Origin: a virus
Taxonomy: Duplodnaviria; Caudoviricetes
IMG/VR virus record: IMGVR_UViG_3300000101_000005
Length of the DNA: 64,000 bases
Reading direction: 5' to 3' (one strand)
The position numbers were made by a program, and so were the translations under genes. Under the pieces are notes generated by a model. That model was given only the letters and a program-made list of their open reading frames with translations. It did no database searches and was not told where the DNA came from. How positions within the stretch are numbered: the first letter of the stretch is position 1; each line of letters begins with the position of its first letter. This document shows positions 46,592 to 57,596 of the stretch, piece by piece.

Positions 46592-48733
46592 ATGCCATAT
46601 ATTGTAAATTTTACAGATAGCGAAAATAAAACTCCAATCACAGTGTTTGATAATACATCAAGCCAAGATACAAGTTTAACATTTCCAGGACGTAACGTTA
46701 CTGGATACGGACAAATTATTGCTGAAAACTTTTTATCTGTATTAGAAAACTTTGCAAGTGCAAATGCACCTGTAAATCCAGTTGAAGGACAACTTTGGTA
46801 TGACACACAAAATGGTGTGTTACAGTTGTTTGACAACACAGCATGGAAAGCAGCATCAAACATTCAAAAGAGTGTTACAGAGCCTAGTGTTGAAAATTCT
46901 AAAGTTGGTGAACTTTGGGTTGATACTACAAACCAACAGTTAAGAATTTACACAGGTACAAGATGGTTACTAGTTGGACCAGCAGAAAGTTCAATTGACG
47001 GATTACGTTATGGACCAGCAGTAGAAAACATTGCTGACTCAGACAACCAAACAAAAAGTATTTTAATTTTATATATTGCAGACCAACCGGTTGGAATTGT
47101 TTCTAAAGATTCATTTACACCTAAAGTTAATATCAAAGGCTTTGCAACAATCAAAGCAGGACTTAATGTTGCAACACCAGCAAACGATACTGAAAAAACA
47201 GAATTTGCTTCTATATTCTTAGGAGGCGAACTACCTAAACTTATTGGTACTGCTAAAAATGCAGATGCACTTAACGTTGGCGGAGTTGAAGTATCAGCAG
47301 GTAAGTTTTTAAGAAGTGATATTCTTAACACAACTGATCAAGGTATTAATGTAAGAAACAACGCAGGTTTAACAATTGGTGTTGACGGAAACTTCCAAGT
47401 AACAACATCATCTACCGCTGCAAAACTTTACAATTCATCAGCAGGTAGTTCAGTAGATTTACAAGTTAACAGAAATGGTATTCCAACTACAGTACTTAGA
47501 GTACTTGATAATAAAGTTGGTATTAACATTGCAGCACCAGATGAAGCACTTGATGTTGACGGTAACATTGGTTTAACTGGCGCACTAAAGATTTCAAGTA
47601 CAGCTGAAACAACTAACTTATCAACAGGTAGTATTGTTACAACAGGTGGCGCAGCAATTACTAAAAATTTATTAATTGGCGGCTCAGCAAATATTACTGG
47701 AACTATTACATCATCAACTGCAAAACCTCAAACAAATGATACATATGATTTAGGTGAGGCAACAACACGTTGGAAAACAGTTTATGCTAAATCAATTCAA
47801 GCAGATGAAATTGTTGGTACAATTAACGGTAACATTACAGGTAATGCAAACACTGCAACTAACTTAAAAACTGTTACAAGTTTTGCACTAACAGGCGATG
47901 TTGTTTCACCAGCAATACAGTTTGACGGACAGGTAGGTAGTGCAACTAAGACATTTGCTACTACATTGACTGCTAACATTGTTAAAAGTAGATCAGAACC
48001 TGCACCAAACCAATCAGACAAAAACGATTTTGTACTAGTATATAGAGCTTCAGCTGAAGCAGGCGGAGCAACAGGACTTCTTAAAGAAACACGTGATACA
48101 TTTGTAGGTGACTTAGGAATTCCACTAGGCGGTATTATGCCATATGCAGGTACAAATCCTCCAACAGGATTTTTATTTTGTGATGGTGGTGAAGTTGAAA
48201 GATCTAAGTTTCCAGAGTTGTTTGATATTATAGGAACAACATATAACGGTTCAGCAGCACTTAACGGAACAGGAACATTTAGAATACCAGATTTACGTGG
48301 TAGATTTGCATTAGGCAGACACAACATGGATAACAACATTAATGTACCAAACTCAGTTGGTGGATTTGTTGATAATGGCGGCGGCGAACCAAGCCCAGCA
48401 AGAGTTGAAGGTACAGAAGCTCAAACACTTGCAGGAGCAGCAGGCGCAAGTGCGGTAGCGTTAACATTAGGTAACCTACCAGATCACGAACACGATATGA
48501 CAGCAAATGGAATTCAATATTCTGCTGTTAGAGTTGATAGTGCTATTAACAGTCCAGGTACAACAGGTTTAGGACCTACAGCACCAGGACAAGCACAGTA
48601 CTTACAACAGTCAGGCGGTATTAAGAAACCAAGTACAGACTTTACGTTAGGGTCATTAGTTGGTATTATGAATCCTTTCTTGACAATTAACTATATTATA
48701 CGTTCGGGTCCACCAGCGTTTACAACAACGTAG
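46592..48733 (+). CDS. Short tail fibre / gp10-gp12-like protein with tail collar domain
   Basis: 713 aa; shared ENF..LENFA..P...GQxWxD N-terminus; collar motif GGIMPYAG...GFLFCDG...FPELFDIIG...IPDLRGRF. Confidence 0.8.
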   Translation: MPYIVNFTDSENKTPITVFDNTSSQDTSLTFPGRNVTGYGQIIAENFLSVLENFASANAPVNPVEGQLWYDTQNGVLQLFDNTAWKAASNIQKSVTEPSVENSKVGELWVDTTNQQLRIYTGTRWLLVGPAESSIDGLRYGPAVENIADSDNQTKSILILYIADQPVGIVSKDSFTPKVNIKGFATIKAGLNVATPANDTEKTEFASIFLGGELPKLIGTAKNADALNVGGVEVSAGKFLRSDILNTTDQGINVRNNAGLTIGVDGNFQVTTSSTAAKLYNSSAGSSVDLQVNRNGIPTTVLRVLDNKVGINIAAPDEALDVDGNIGLTGALKISSTAETTNLSTGSIVTTGGAAITKNLLIGGSANITGTITSSTAKPQTNDTYDLGEATTRWKTVYAKSIQADEIVGTINGNITGNANTATNLKTVTSFALTGDVVSPAIQFDGQVGSATKTFATTLTANIVKSRSEPAPNQSDKNDFVLVYRASAEAGGATGLLKETRDTFVGDLGIPLGGIMPYAGTNPPTGFLFCDGGEVERSKFPELFDIIGTTYNGSAALNGTGTFRIPDLRGRFALGRHNMDNNINVPNSVGGFVDNGGGEPSPARVEGTEAQTLAGAAGASAVALTLGNLPDHEHDMTANGIQYSAVRVDSAINSPGTTGLGPTAPGQAQYLQQSGGIKKPSTDFTLGSLVGIMNPFLTINYIIRSGPPAFTTT

Positions 48734-48746
48734 GATGAGATATTAA

Positions 48747-50615
48747 ATGGCATATCAAATTAATAAAACAGATGGTACAATAGTTTCAACAGTAGCCGAT
48801 GGTCAAATTGATAATATCTCTACTGACATTACACTAATTGGTAAAAACTATAGCGGATTTGGTGAAGTACTTAATGAAAACTTTATTAAGATACTTGAAA
48901 ATTTTGCAAATGTAACGGCACCAACTGCTCCAATTAAAGGGCAGATTTGGTTTGACAGCACAGAATCAAAACTTAAAGTTTACAGCGGAACAGCGTTTGT
49001 TCCTGTGAGTTCTGCAACAATTGCTAACTCACAACCAACAACACTTGGTGTTGGTGATCTTTGGTTTAATGACACTGCTAAACAGTTATACTTCTTTGAT
49101 GGTACTAGCACTATATTGTTAGGCCCTGCATATTCAGATGCACAAGGAACTAGTGGACTTATTGTAACAAGCGTACTTGATACACTAAACCAAACTCGTG
49201 TTATTACATCATTATTTAACAACGGTATTTTGTTAGGTATATTTGCTAAAGATACATTTACACCTAAAAATGCTATTCCAGGATTTAGTGGAGACATTGG
49301 TCCAGGATTTAATCAAGGTACATTGTCAGGCATTAAGTTTGACGTAACTTGTACAAATTCAGAGAAACTAGCAAATGTTGATTCTACAAACTATGTTAGA
49401 AAAGATACTGCTAACTCATTAACTAATACACTTAGAATTGAAAGTGATCTAGGACTTGCTATTGGTTCTGCTTCGCAGGCTAACTTGTCAGTTGATAATG
49501 GTAACGTTAAGTTATCAAATGCTGCTGACAATAAACTTTTAATTTTAGATGTTAGAAAAGGTATTTCACAGGAAATTGCAGTTAAGGTTACTCCTGCTAC
49601 AAGACAAATTGATTTATATGAAGGTGCAACAGACAGTTTAGTTAAAACTGGTGGTAGCATGGAACTAGCAGGCGACCTTACTATTAGAGGTAACCTTATT
49701 ATTAATGATGGCGATCTTGCTACAATTAAACAAACAGAATTAGTTGTTGAGGACAAATATATTGTTCTTGCTCAAACAGGTGATAGTGGTTCTAACTCAG
49801 ACGAAATTGCAGATGGCGGTGGACTTGTAATTAAAGGTACTACTGATAAAGCAATTTTATATAGTAAAGATGGGTTAGGTGCAACAGCAGAGTATCCTGC
49901 ACTTGCTTCACAAGCATTTACGAGTTCAGAACACGTTAACCTAGCAACAGGTAAAGAATTTAAGATTAACGGTATAACAGTATTAAGCGGAACATCTTTA
50001 GGTACAGGTATTACTAGTATTCCAGGTGTTACAGCCTTTGGTGCTCAGAACGTTGTTAATATTGGACCTGGCTTACCTCCAGTAGCACAATTAAGAATTG
50101 AGAATCAGAAAATTTCAACTCTTGCTAATAACGATGATATACAATTAGAAGCACACGGCACAGGTAATATTGCTCTAATAGGAACACCAAAAATTACAGG
50201 ACTAGCTGATCCTACAACTGCACAAGATGCTGCAACAAAAGAATATGTTGACGATATTGCACAAACAAGATCATTAGCATTTAGCATGGACTTATCAGAT
50301 GGTAAGCCAAACAGTTACATTGCATCAGAAATTTTAGCCAAGTTGGCTCCGCCAGCTGAATATAGATCAGGTACTTTTGCAAGAATACTTGTAACATTGT
50401 TAAGTAACTCAACAATTAACTTTAACTTAGCACCTGAAATTAGCATAACAACGAATACATTTAATACACCGTCAGGAACAGCACCAGCTGTTACAGCAGT
50501 AAACGGAACAATTGCATCTATACCAGCAGCTGGTATTACAACATCTAGAATTATTAAAGTATTCCAGTTGTTGTCAGGTAATTGGACACACGTTTCAGAT
50601 GAGGTATTACCATAA
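48747..50615 (+). CDS. Tail fibre/baseplate fibre paralogue
   Basis: 622 aa; MAYQINKTDG...GKNYSGFGEVLNENF..LENFA N-terminus. Confidence 0.7.
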   Translation: MAYQINKTDGTIVSTVADGQIDNISTDITLIGKNYSGFGEVLNENFIKILENFANVTAPTAPIKGQIWFDSTESKLKVYSGTAFVPVSSATIANSQPTTLGVGDLWFNDTAKQLYFFDGTSTILLGPAYSDAQGTSGLIVTSVLDTLNQTRVITSLFNNGILLGIFAKDTFTPKNAIPGFSGDIGPGFNQGTLSGIKFDVTCTNSEKLANVDSTNYVRKDTANSLTNTLRIESDLGLAIGSASQANLSVDNGNVKLSNAADNKLLILDVRKGISQEIAVKVTPATRQIDLYEGATDSLVKTGGSMELAGDLTIRGNLIINDGDLATIKQTELVVEDKYIVLAQTGDSGSNSDEIADGGGLVIKGTTDKAILYSKDGLGATAEYPALASQAFTSSEHVNLATGKEFKINGITVLSGTSLGTGITSIPGVTAFGAQNVVNIGPGLPPVAQLRIENQKISTLANNDDIQLEAHGTGNIALIGTPKITGLADPTTAQDAATKEYVDDIAQTRSLAFSMDLSDGKPNSYIASEILAKLAPPAEYRSGTFARILVTLLSNSTINFNLAPEISITTNTFNTPSGTAPAVTAVNGTIASIPAAGITTSRIIKVFQLLSGNWTHVSDEVLP

Positions 50616-50636
50616 GATGAAAATAGGAGCGTATAA

Positions 50637-52868
50637 ATGGCTTATGTAATTAACAAAACTGACGGGACTCAACTTGTAGTATTACAAGATGCAGCAGTTG
50701 ACTCGACCACTAGTTTATCTTTTGTTGGTAGAAATTATGTTGGCTACGGTGAAATTCAAAACGAAAACTTTTTATTCTTATTAGAAAATTTTGCAAACAT
50801 CTCTGCACCAATAACTCCTATTAAAGGTCAAGTTTGGTTTGACACAACATTAAGTATATTAAAAATCTATGATGGTGCAAATTGGGTAGAAACAGGCTCT
50901 GCAAACGTAAGTGCTACTGCTCCAGTGACACCAGCAATTGGAACGTTTTGGTTAAAGAACGCATCGTCCGCAGCAGCGCCAGCAGATCCTTCCTTACATG
51001 TTTTTGATGGAACTAATTGGATTAAGATTGGTCCTGAAACAGCAGACGGTTACTTGCCAACTAGAGCAACAACAACAACATTACTAGCAACTAACGGAAC
51101 AACATATCCAGTAATTGAACTTAAAGTAAATGGTATCACAATAGGTATTATTGCTTCGAATGCTTTTACAATTGATCCAACTAATCCAGTAAGTGGATTT
51201 TCAGATCTAGTTACAGGTATTAATTTAAATGCAATGGCAACAGTAAAAGGTTCGTTACAAGGTGTTGCAGATAAAGCAACAAGACTTGAATCACCTATAT
51301 TAGTTAACGGTGTTGCATTTGACGGATCAGCTAACCTTACAGTTACAGCACAAACACCTTACAGTTTAGTTGCAGGAAATTATATAACAGGAACAGACTT
51401 TGATGGTGGAAATGCTACTACATGGGCAGTTGATGCTACACATTTAAATCAAATAGGTAAAGTTGTTGCAAGAGATACAACAGGTAATTTTGTTGCAAAT
51501 GAAATCACTTCAGACTTAGTTGGTGATGTTACAGGTAACATTACAGGTACAACAGGTGCGTTTACAGGAACTGTAACAGCAGCAAACTTTATTGGTGCAA
51601 CATTAAGCGGAACAGCTTCCGCAGCACAAAGATTATTAAGTCCTAGAAATATTAACGGGGTTGGGTTTGATGGAACAGCAGACATTACAGTTACAGCAGA
51701 TGCTAACACACTAACAGGTACAAACTTACACAACACTGTTACTACATCAGCACTTACAAGTGTAGGAACACTTATATCACTAGGTGTTACAGGTAACATT
51801 ACAGTTGCTTCAAACTTAACTATTGATGGTACAATTAACGCTACAGAAATAAAAGCAGCTAATCAAATTAGTTTAGCAGCATCAGAAGGTGTAGATTATC
51901 AACTTGATTTATTTGGACCTACTAGATCTCCAAGTTCACAAGCAGGGCTTTTGCCAAGTGCAGATATAACAATTGACCTTGGTTCAGGATCATTAAGATA
52001 TAAGAATACATACTCACAAAATTTTTACGGTGACTTGACAGGTGCGGTTACAGGTAATGCTACAACAGCAACCACAGCAACTAACATTGCAGGTGGAGCA
52101 GGTGGAACAATGCCTTATCAAACTGCTTCAGGTTCAACAGCACACATTCCATCAGGTACAGCAGGTAAGTTCTTAAAGTCAACAGGACCTAGTCAGCCAG
52201 TATGGGATACAATAGCATTTTCAAACTTAACACCAGGAAACTACTTAACTGGTTTAGTTTATGACGGTATTACAAATACAACATTTAATGTTGATGCAAC
52301 TAACTTGCCTACAGCAAACAAAGTTGTTGCTAGAGATGCAAGTGGTAATTTCAGCGCAAATGTTATTCAAGCAGACCTAAATGGTACCGCAGCTTTTGCA
52401 ACCACAGCATCCACAGCAACTACGGCAGTTAATGCAACACAGGCTGCAAATGCTACTAATGCAGACAATGCATCGTACAGTGTAACTAGAGCAAATTCAG
52501 ATAGTTCAACTTATATTGCTACTACAGCGTTTGTACAAAATGTTGTTTCAAATGCAAATACAAGACAACTTGTTATTAGCTCACCGGCACCAAATACAAG
52601 TTCACCAGATGCACAGTATATTGATTTAATTGAAGCATATCTTCCTGCAAGTCAAGCAAGTGGACTGAACTTTGAATTGATAATTAATAACATATATGCA
52701 GGTTCAAGTTCTAGTTTTAGTGCTGGTAGATGGATTTTAGCGTACAGATGGGCTACTGCTAGTGTTAGTACTTCAACTACACTTTATAATAGTAATACTG
52801 GTTACAAGTTGACTTATAACTCAAACGGTAGTAATTGGAGTTACACTGGTACTTGGTCATATGTATAA
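50637..52868 (+). CDS. Tail fibre paralogue
   Basis: 743 aa; same N-terminus; xINGVxFDGxADITV fibre repeats; Thr/Ala-rich. Confidence 0.75.
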   Translation: MAYVINKTDGTQLVVLQDAAVDSTTSLSFVGRNYVGYGEIQNENFLFLLENFANISAPITPIKGQVWFDTTLSILKIYDGANWVETGSANVSATAPVTPAIGTFWLKNASSAAAPADPSLHVFDGTNWIKIGPETADGYLPTRATTTTLLATNGTTYPVIELKVNGITIGIIASNAFTIDPTNPVSGFSDLVTGINLNAMATVKGSLQGVADKATRLESPILVNGVAFDGSANLTVTAQTPYSLVAGNYITGTDFDGGNATTWAVDATHLNQIGKVVARDTTGNFVANEITSDLVGDVTGNITGTTGAFTGTVTAANFIGATLSGTASAAQRLLSPRNINGVGFDGTADITVTADANTLTGTNLHNTVTTSALTSVGTLISLGVTGNITVASNLTIDGTINATEIKAANQISLAASEGVDYQLDLFGPTRSPSSQAGLLPSADITIDLGSGSLRYKNTYSQNFYGDLTGAVTGNATTATTATNIAGGAGGTMPYQTASGSTAHIPSGTAGKFLKSTGPSQPVWDTIAFSNLTPGNYLTGLVYDGITNTTFNVDATNLPTANKVVARDASGNFSANVIQADLNGTAAFATTASTATTAVNATQAANATNADNASYSVTRANSDSSTYIATTAFVQNVVSNANTRQLVISSPAPNTSSPDAQYIDLIEAYLPASQASGLNFELIINNIYAGSSSSFSAGRWILAYRWATASVSTSTTLYNSNTGYKLTYNSNGSNWSYTGTWSYV

Positions 52869-53362
52869 TGACAGTAAAGTTAGTATCGGACTATTGTAAG
52901 AATGTTGATGAGATAGTAAAGTTAGTAGAGGCAAACGAAGACAGTTTTTTTATTAGGCAGCCAGGAGAAGAATTTAATTTTGTAACTGCCTATGGTGAAA
53001 GTAAGTTAAAAAGTATGTTCCGTTGGAACATGCCAAAAGAATTAAAGGAGTTGATTACAGAATCAATTCCAGAAGAAGATAGAACTTGTGATAGTTTTTG
53101 TATTAACAAATATGATCCAGGTGATTATCTTAAAAGGCATAGAGATAGTGCAGGCGGGTATTGGAAGTTTAAACTAATATTTTTAAGAGCTGATGCTCCG
53201 CACTTTTGTTGGTACGATGAACAAGGCAAAGGAAATTTAGTAGACGAAGGACCTGGTATGTTAATAGATATGCCTGTGAATTTAGAACACGAAGTAACAG
53301 AAATTAAACAAAATGAAAGACCAAAAATAAGTCTTGCATTAAGTTGGGGAAGAACTAGATGA
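52868..53362 (+). CDS. 2OG-Fe(II) oxygenase (prolyl-hydroxylase-like)
   Basis: Probable start ATG 52868 overlapping the fibre's TAA; INKYDPGDYLKRHRD...HEVTE...RPKISL gives HxD...H...R. Confidence 0.85.
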   Translation: MTVKLVSDYCKNVDEIVKLVEANEDSFFIRQPGEEFNFVTAYGESKLKSMFRWNMPKELKELITESIPEEDRTCDSFCINKYDPGDYLKRHRDSAGGYWKFKLIFLRADAPHFCWYDEQGKGNLVDEGPGMLIDMPVNLEHEVTEIKQNERPKISLALSWGRTR

Positions 53363-53799
53363 AAAACATTATTATTTTTAGTACTGATAGATCAAAGGTG
53401 ATATCGTCTCAGGACTATAATAGCGAGTTTGCTGAAAGACTTACCGCGCAAGGCGTACCTCACAAAGTTATTGATTTAGATGACGCAAATGAATATTGGT
53501 GGGGAGATTATGCTAGTGGCGAAGTAAGATCTCTTAATGATATACCGTTAATTGAAGAAGTAGCGATTGACGAAGTAGTTAACAAGCAGATTCTTGTTAA
53601 GTATCCTGTACACAAGCAACTTAATATTATTGCAGAATGCTTAGAAAATGCTGGAATTCCGCTTACAGATGACTTTATTGCTATGCGTAACTACGTTAAG
53701 CAGAAAGTTGATAACCACAATACTGCTGTTCAAACGTACAAAGATCAACCAGGTGTATACAGTTTTTACCCTAAGCCGTTACCACCAGAAGACGAGTGA
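53359..53799 (+). CDS. Putative tail fibre assembly chaperone
   Basis: 146 aa after the fibre; ILVKYPVHKQLNII pattern resembles small fibre-associated chaperones. Confidence 0.45.
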   Translation: MKNIIIFSTDRSKVISSQDYNSEFAERLTAQGVPHKVIDLDDANEYWWGDYASGEVRSLNDIPLIEEVAIDEVVNKQILVKYPVHKQLNIIAECLENAGIPLTDDFIAMRNYVKQKVDNHNTAVQTYKDQPGVYSFYPKPLPPEDE

Positions 53800-53806
53800 A
53801 GGTAGA

Positions 53807-53812
53807 TAAATA
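53807..53812 (+). promoter_or_regulatory. gp55-type late promoter (TAAATA)
   Basis: GATAAATAC in a 40-nt gap. Confidence 0.7.
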
Positions 53813-53839
53813 CAACAGTAAACTAGGAAGAAAACACAC

Positions 53840-55603
53840 ATGGCATATCAAGTAGATAAATTTAACGGAACATTTTTAACGTCAGTAGAAGACGGAACTA
53901 TTGATACCACTACGGATATACGTTTCGTTGGTAAAAACTACGCAGGATACGGTGAAGTACAGAACGAAAACTTCTTACATTTACTAGAAAACTTTGCGAA
54001 TACTACTGCACCACCAAAAGCAGTCACTGGTCAAGTTTGGTTTGACAGTGCTAATAAGAAAATTAAGTTTTATGACGGCACACAATGGAAAACTACCAAC
54101 GGTGCTGAAGTAGCATCAGTTGCTCCTTCAGGATTAGGAGTAGGAGAATTTTGGTGGGATACATCAGCAAAACAATTATATGCATGGTCAGGCGGAGAGT
54201 TTGTCTTAGTAGGACCAGAAGCATCACCAGATCTTGGTGCTAGTGGAGCAGTTGCACAAGTTGTTAAAGACACAGGTAACACAAACCATTCAATTTTAAA
54301 AATTAATGCAGGTGGTAAAACAGTTGCAATTATTTCACAAACAGAATTTACACTAAACAGTTCACTTAACCCTATTGACGACTTTACGTTAGTTAAAAAG
54401 GGTATTACAATGGCTAAAGCCGATGCTAATGGTGTTACATCAGATAGTTATGTATACTGGGGAACATCATCTAACTCATTAAAGCTAGGCGGCATTGCTG
54501 CTGATCAATACTTACAAAAAGGAAGTATTACCTTCAACCAGGAAATTAACTTCCAAGATTCAGGTTATAAAGTAGGTGACCAAAGCGATTTTAGATTAAG
54601 AGTTGAAAACGATGACGAAATTGTTTTTGAAAGTGTTCTTGGTAACCCTATTAACTTTATTATTAATGACGGCGGATCAACAAGAAAGAATGTATTAGAT
54701 ATTACAGCAGCTGGAGTAGTTCCAGGTATTGACAGTTCGTTTACATTAGGCACAGCAACACTTGCTTGGTCAGAAGTACATGCTGATGCAATTACAGGGC
54801 CGTTAACAGGTAACGTAACAGGTAACGTAACAGGTAATACAAAAGGTAGCTTACTTGCTAACGATTCAACTGTTATGATTGACGGTGCTACTAAAAACAT
54901 TGGTTATGTAGGCGCAAATATTTACGGTACATTGTTTGGATCAGTTCAAGGTAACTTGACTGGTACAGCATCAGATGCAAGTGCATTGAATGGTATTACA
55001 CCATCTGTATCAGTTCCTGCTTCAGGAAACAGTATTGTTGTTAGAGATTCGTCAGGTGTAATTTTTGCTAATACATTTAACGGTACAGCAACGTTTGCAG
55101 ATAGAATTAAAATTGACGATACTGCAACAGACAGTGATCCTAATTATAAGACTGCTAAAACAACAGCATCAGCAAGTTCAATTGCTGCAAGAAATTCAAG
55201 CGGTGACTTAATTGCTAACTTATTCCAAGGTACAGCAACCGCAGCTAGATATGCTGACTTAGCAGAGAAATATTTAGCAGACAAAGAATATGAAGCTGGT
55301 ACAGTTGTATCAGTTGGCGGAAACGCAGAAGTTACTGCATGTAGTGAGGGCGATAGAGCGTTAGGTGTTGTTTCAGCACAACCTGCGTTTATGATGAATT
55401 CATGGTTAGAAGATGGAACATACATTGCACTTAAAGGTCGTGTACCAGTTAAAGTTATCGGCAGTATTGCTAAAGGAGATAGATTAGTTGCTGCTGCGGA
55501 AGGTTACGCTACAAAAGCTGACAGCCATGCAGACGTATTTGCAATTGCAATAGAAAGCAATTCAAACTCAGGAACAAAAATTATTGAAGCGGTAGTACTA
55601 TAA
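53840..55603 (+). CDS. Tail fibre paralogue with C-terminal peptidase G2-like autocleaving chaperone domain
   Basis: 587 aa; shared N-terminus; ARYADLAEKY...GTVVSVGG...GVVS..PAFMMN...IALKGRVPVKV. Confidence 0.7.
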   Translation: MAYQVDKFNGTFLTSVEDGTIDTTTDIRFVGKNYAGYGEVQNENFLHLLENFANTTAPPKAVTGQVWFDSANKKIKFYDGTQWKTTNGAEVASVAPSGLGVGEFWWDTSAKQLYAWSGGEFVLVGPEASPDLGASGAVAQVVKDTGNTNHSILKINAGGKTVAIISQTEFTLNSSLNPIDDFTLVKKGITMAKADANGVTSDSYVYWGTSSNSLKLGGIAADQYLQKGSITFNQEINFQDSGYKVGDQSDFRLRVENDDEIVFESVLGNPINFIINDGGSTRKNVLDITAAGVVPGIDSSFTLGTATLAWSEVHADAITGPLTGNVTGNVTGNTKGSLLANDSTVMIDGATKNIGYVGANIYGTLFGSVQGNLTGTASDASALNGITPSVSVPASGNSIVVRDSSGVIFANTFNGTATFADRIKIDDTATDSDPNYKTAKTTASASSIAARNSSGDLIANLFQGTATAARYADLAEKYLADKEYEAGTVVSVGGNAEVTACSEGDRALGVVSAQPAFMMNSWLEDGTYIALKGRVPVKVIGSIAKGDRLVAAAEGYATKADSHADVFAIAIESNSNSGTKIIEAVVL

Positions 55604-56505
55604 TGGTAACAACAGGCACACAGATCCTATCAACAGACCTCAACAGCCTGAGAAACAAAATTTCTGACGTTATGGGTACCGGTGTTGGTACATTTGGATA
55701 TGGACAATCAGTTAACAGTTCAACAGTCATTGCTGGTCAAACAGTATTAAAGTCACACTTTGATGCAATTCGGTTTGACATTGTAAATGCTTATTTTCAT
55801 CAAAACGGAGTAGTACCAACAGCAACTATTGCTTCTATTGGAGATCCTATTACAGCATCATCAAGTGATCCTTTTAACGGATATAACACACTTGCTGACG
55901 AATGTAGAAATGAAAGATTTGATTGCGATGCCGGCTTACTAACAGCGGCAGTTAAAGATACAAAAAGCTATACATCTGCATGGGGTACAAGTGCAGAATA
56001 TGTAATAACTGTAACATTTAGTAATGCTAATGAAGCAAGATATTTTTGGAACTCTGGAAGTAGACTAAGATTTACTACAGGAAGAGGATTAGGATCAGCA
56101 ACAGCACAAAACGGTGCATGGACTAGTTTACTTTCAACTGTGGGTAGACAAGTAATCGGCGGAAGATTACCAGACGGGCTGAATAATATATACATGCTTA
56201 CAAATGTATACCAAGATTTATATAATTTATCTGCTAGTACGCCATATTCAGCAAACAATTACAAGATTCAAGGCAAGTGTGATGTGGCAAGTAACTCCGC
56301 AGGAACAGCCGCAGTATTTAACTTTAAGGTTTTATTGACTGACAGTTACGTTGATCCAGGTGCACCAGCGCCAGGCGATCAAGTTGACGGCACACTTAGT
56401 ATTGATGTAGAAGAATTAAAAGCTACAGGAACATTACAACCAAGTGGTGCTGCATTTTCTATTACGAGTCCATCGTATTCTGGAACCAGCATTAGTGCAA
56501 CATAG
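55603..56505 (+). CDS. Virion structural protein (paralogue of the next gene)
   Basis: 300 aa; YGQ...HQ, ARYFWNSGSRL, WTSLL, YSANNY. Confidence 0.6.
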   Translation: MVTTGTQILSTDLNSLRNKISDVMGTGVGTFGYGQSVNSSTVIAGQTVLKSHFDAIRFDIVNAYFHQNGVVPTATIASIGDPITASSSDPFNGYNTLADECRNERFDCDAGLLTAAVKDTKSYTSAWGTSAEYVITVTFSNANEARYFWNSGSRLRFTTGRGLGSATAQNGAWTSLLSTVGRQVIGGRLPDGLNNIYMLTNVYQDLYNLSASTPYSANNYKIQGKCDVASNSAGTAAVFNFKVLLTDSYVDPGAPAPGDQVDGTLSIDVEELKATGTLQPSGAAFSITSPSYSGTSISAT

Positions 56506-56518
56506 ACACTTGTTGTAG

Positions 56519-56524
56519 TAAATA
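56519..56524 (+). promoter_or_regulatory. gp55-type late promoter (TAAATA)
   Basis: AGTAAATAC in a 38-nt gap. Confidence 0.65.
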
Positions 56525-56543
56525 CTGCTGTTAAGGATATTAT

Positions 56544-57572
56544 ATGACGACCGTACACGCAACAATTAGTAGAAACGACTACAATGCATTATACACTCGC
56601 CTTGAGCAAGTGATGGGCCCTGCTGACGGCACAGTATTATATGGTTGGGGCCAAACAATGAATGCAGCAGGAGTTTCAGAAGGTCAAAAAGTGTCTGTAG
56701 AAGAATACGGTAGGTTAATTACAGACATGTATAATGCTTACAGGCATATATATGGTTCAAATCCTCCTACTAATTGGGGAAGTTGGCCTAATAACATTAG
56801 TGCTTCTCAAAAAATTAAAGCAAATACTCTTACTAATGACGGAACATACAATACACAGCCTTATAGAAGATGGAATGATTTAATTATTGCACTAGAGGCT
56901 GCAAAATATACCATACCACCTGCAGCGGTAGCATCATCTACAACACATAGTAATGCAGTATCGCCAACAGGTACATGGTCGACTTCTGCTCAAGTATTAG
57001 TTACTTTTACATGGTCATCAGCATTAGCCGCTAGACACTTTTTTAATAGTGGTGGACAAATTCAACTTACAAGTAGTTTCAGCAGTATTAGTGGTTCAGC
57101 CCAAGACGCTTCTTGGAGAAGTTTACTGCAAACAGCAAGTACACAGACATTTGGAGGACAACAACCAGCAGCAGGTGTTAATCCTAATGACAATGGAAAC
57201 TTTTATAGATGTACAAACGTTTATAGCACACCTTGGTATACAGCTATTGCTAGTAGTCCTTACAATGCAAACTATTATAGATTATATGCAAGAACACCTG
57301 GGGTATTAGATAACTCAAGTGGTAGTGCATATCAACTAGAAATGTCAGCAGTTTACAATGACGATCACGTTGGATTAGGCGGACCGTCAACATCAGGTAC
57401 TCCGCAACAAGGACCAGGTACTTATGGACCTGATACAGTAGGTCCCGGTTCACTTTATCTTCAAACTGTTACCAGAAAAGCAGTCGGTACCATCAATCTT
57501 TACCCCACAGGATCACAAGCATTCAATATTGAAACGCCATCGGTAACACCAGGCGGATTCGTACTCAATTAA
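56544..57572 (+). CDS. Virion structural protein (paralogue of the previous gene)
   Basis: 342 aa; WGQ, ARHFFNSGGQI, WRSLL, YNANYY. Confidence 0.6.
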   Translation: MTTVHATISRNDYNALYTRLEQVMGPADGTVLYGWGQTMNAAGVSEGQKVSVEEYGRLITDMYNAYRHIYGSNPPTNWGSWPNNISASQKIKANTLTNDGTYNTQPYRRWNDLIIALEAAKYTIPPAAVASSTTHSNAVSPTGTWSTSAQVLVTFTWSSALAARHFFNSGGQIQLTSSFSSISGSAQDASWRSLLQTASTQTFGGQQPAAGVNPNDNGNFYRCTNVYSTPWYTAIASSPYNANYYRLYARTPGVLDNSSGSAYQLEMSAVYNDDHVGLGGPSTSGTPQQGPGTYGPDTVGPGSLYLQTVTRKAVGTINLYPTGSQAFNIETPSVTPGGFVLN

Positions 57573-57596
57573 TTTCATAGCCCCCAGTACAGCGCA

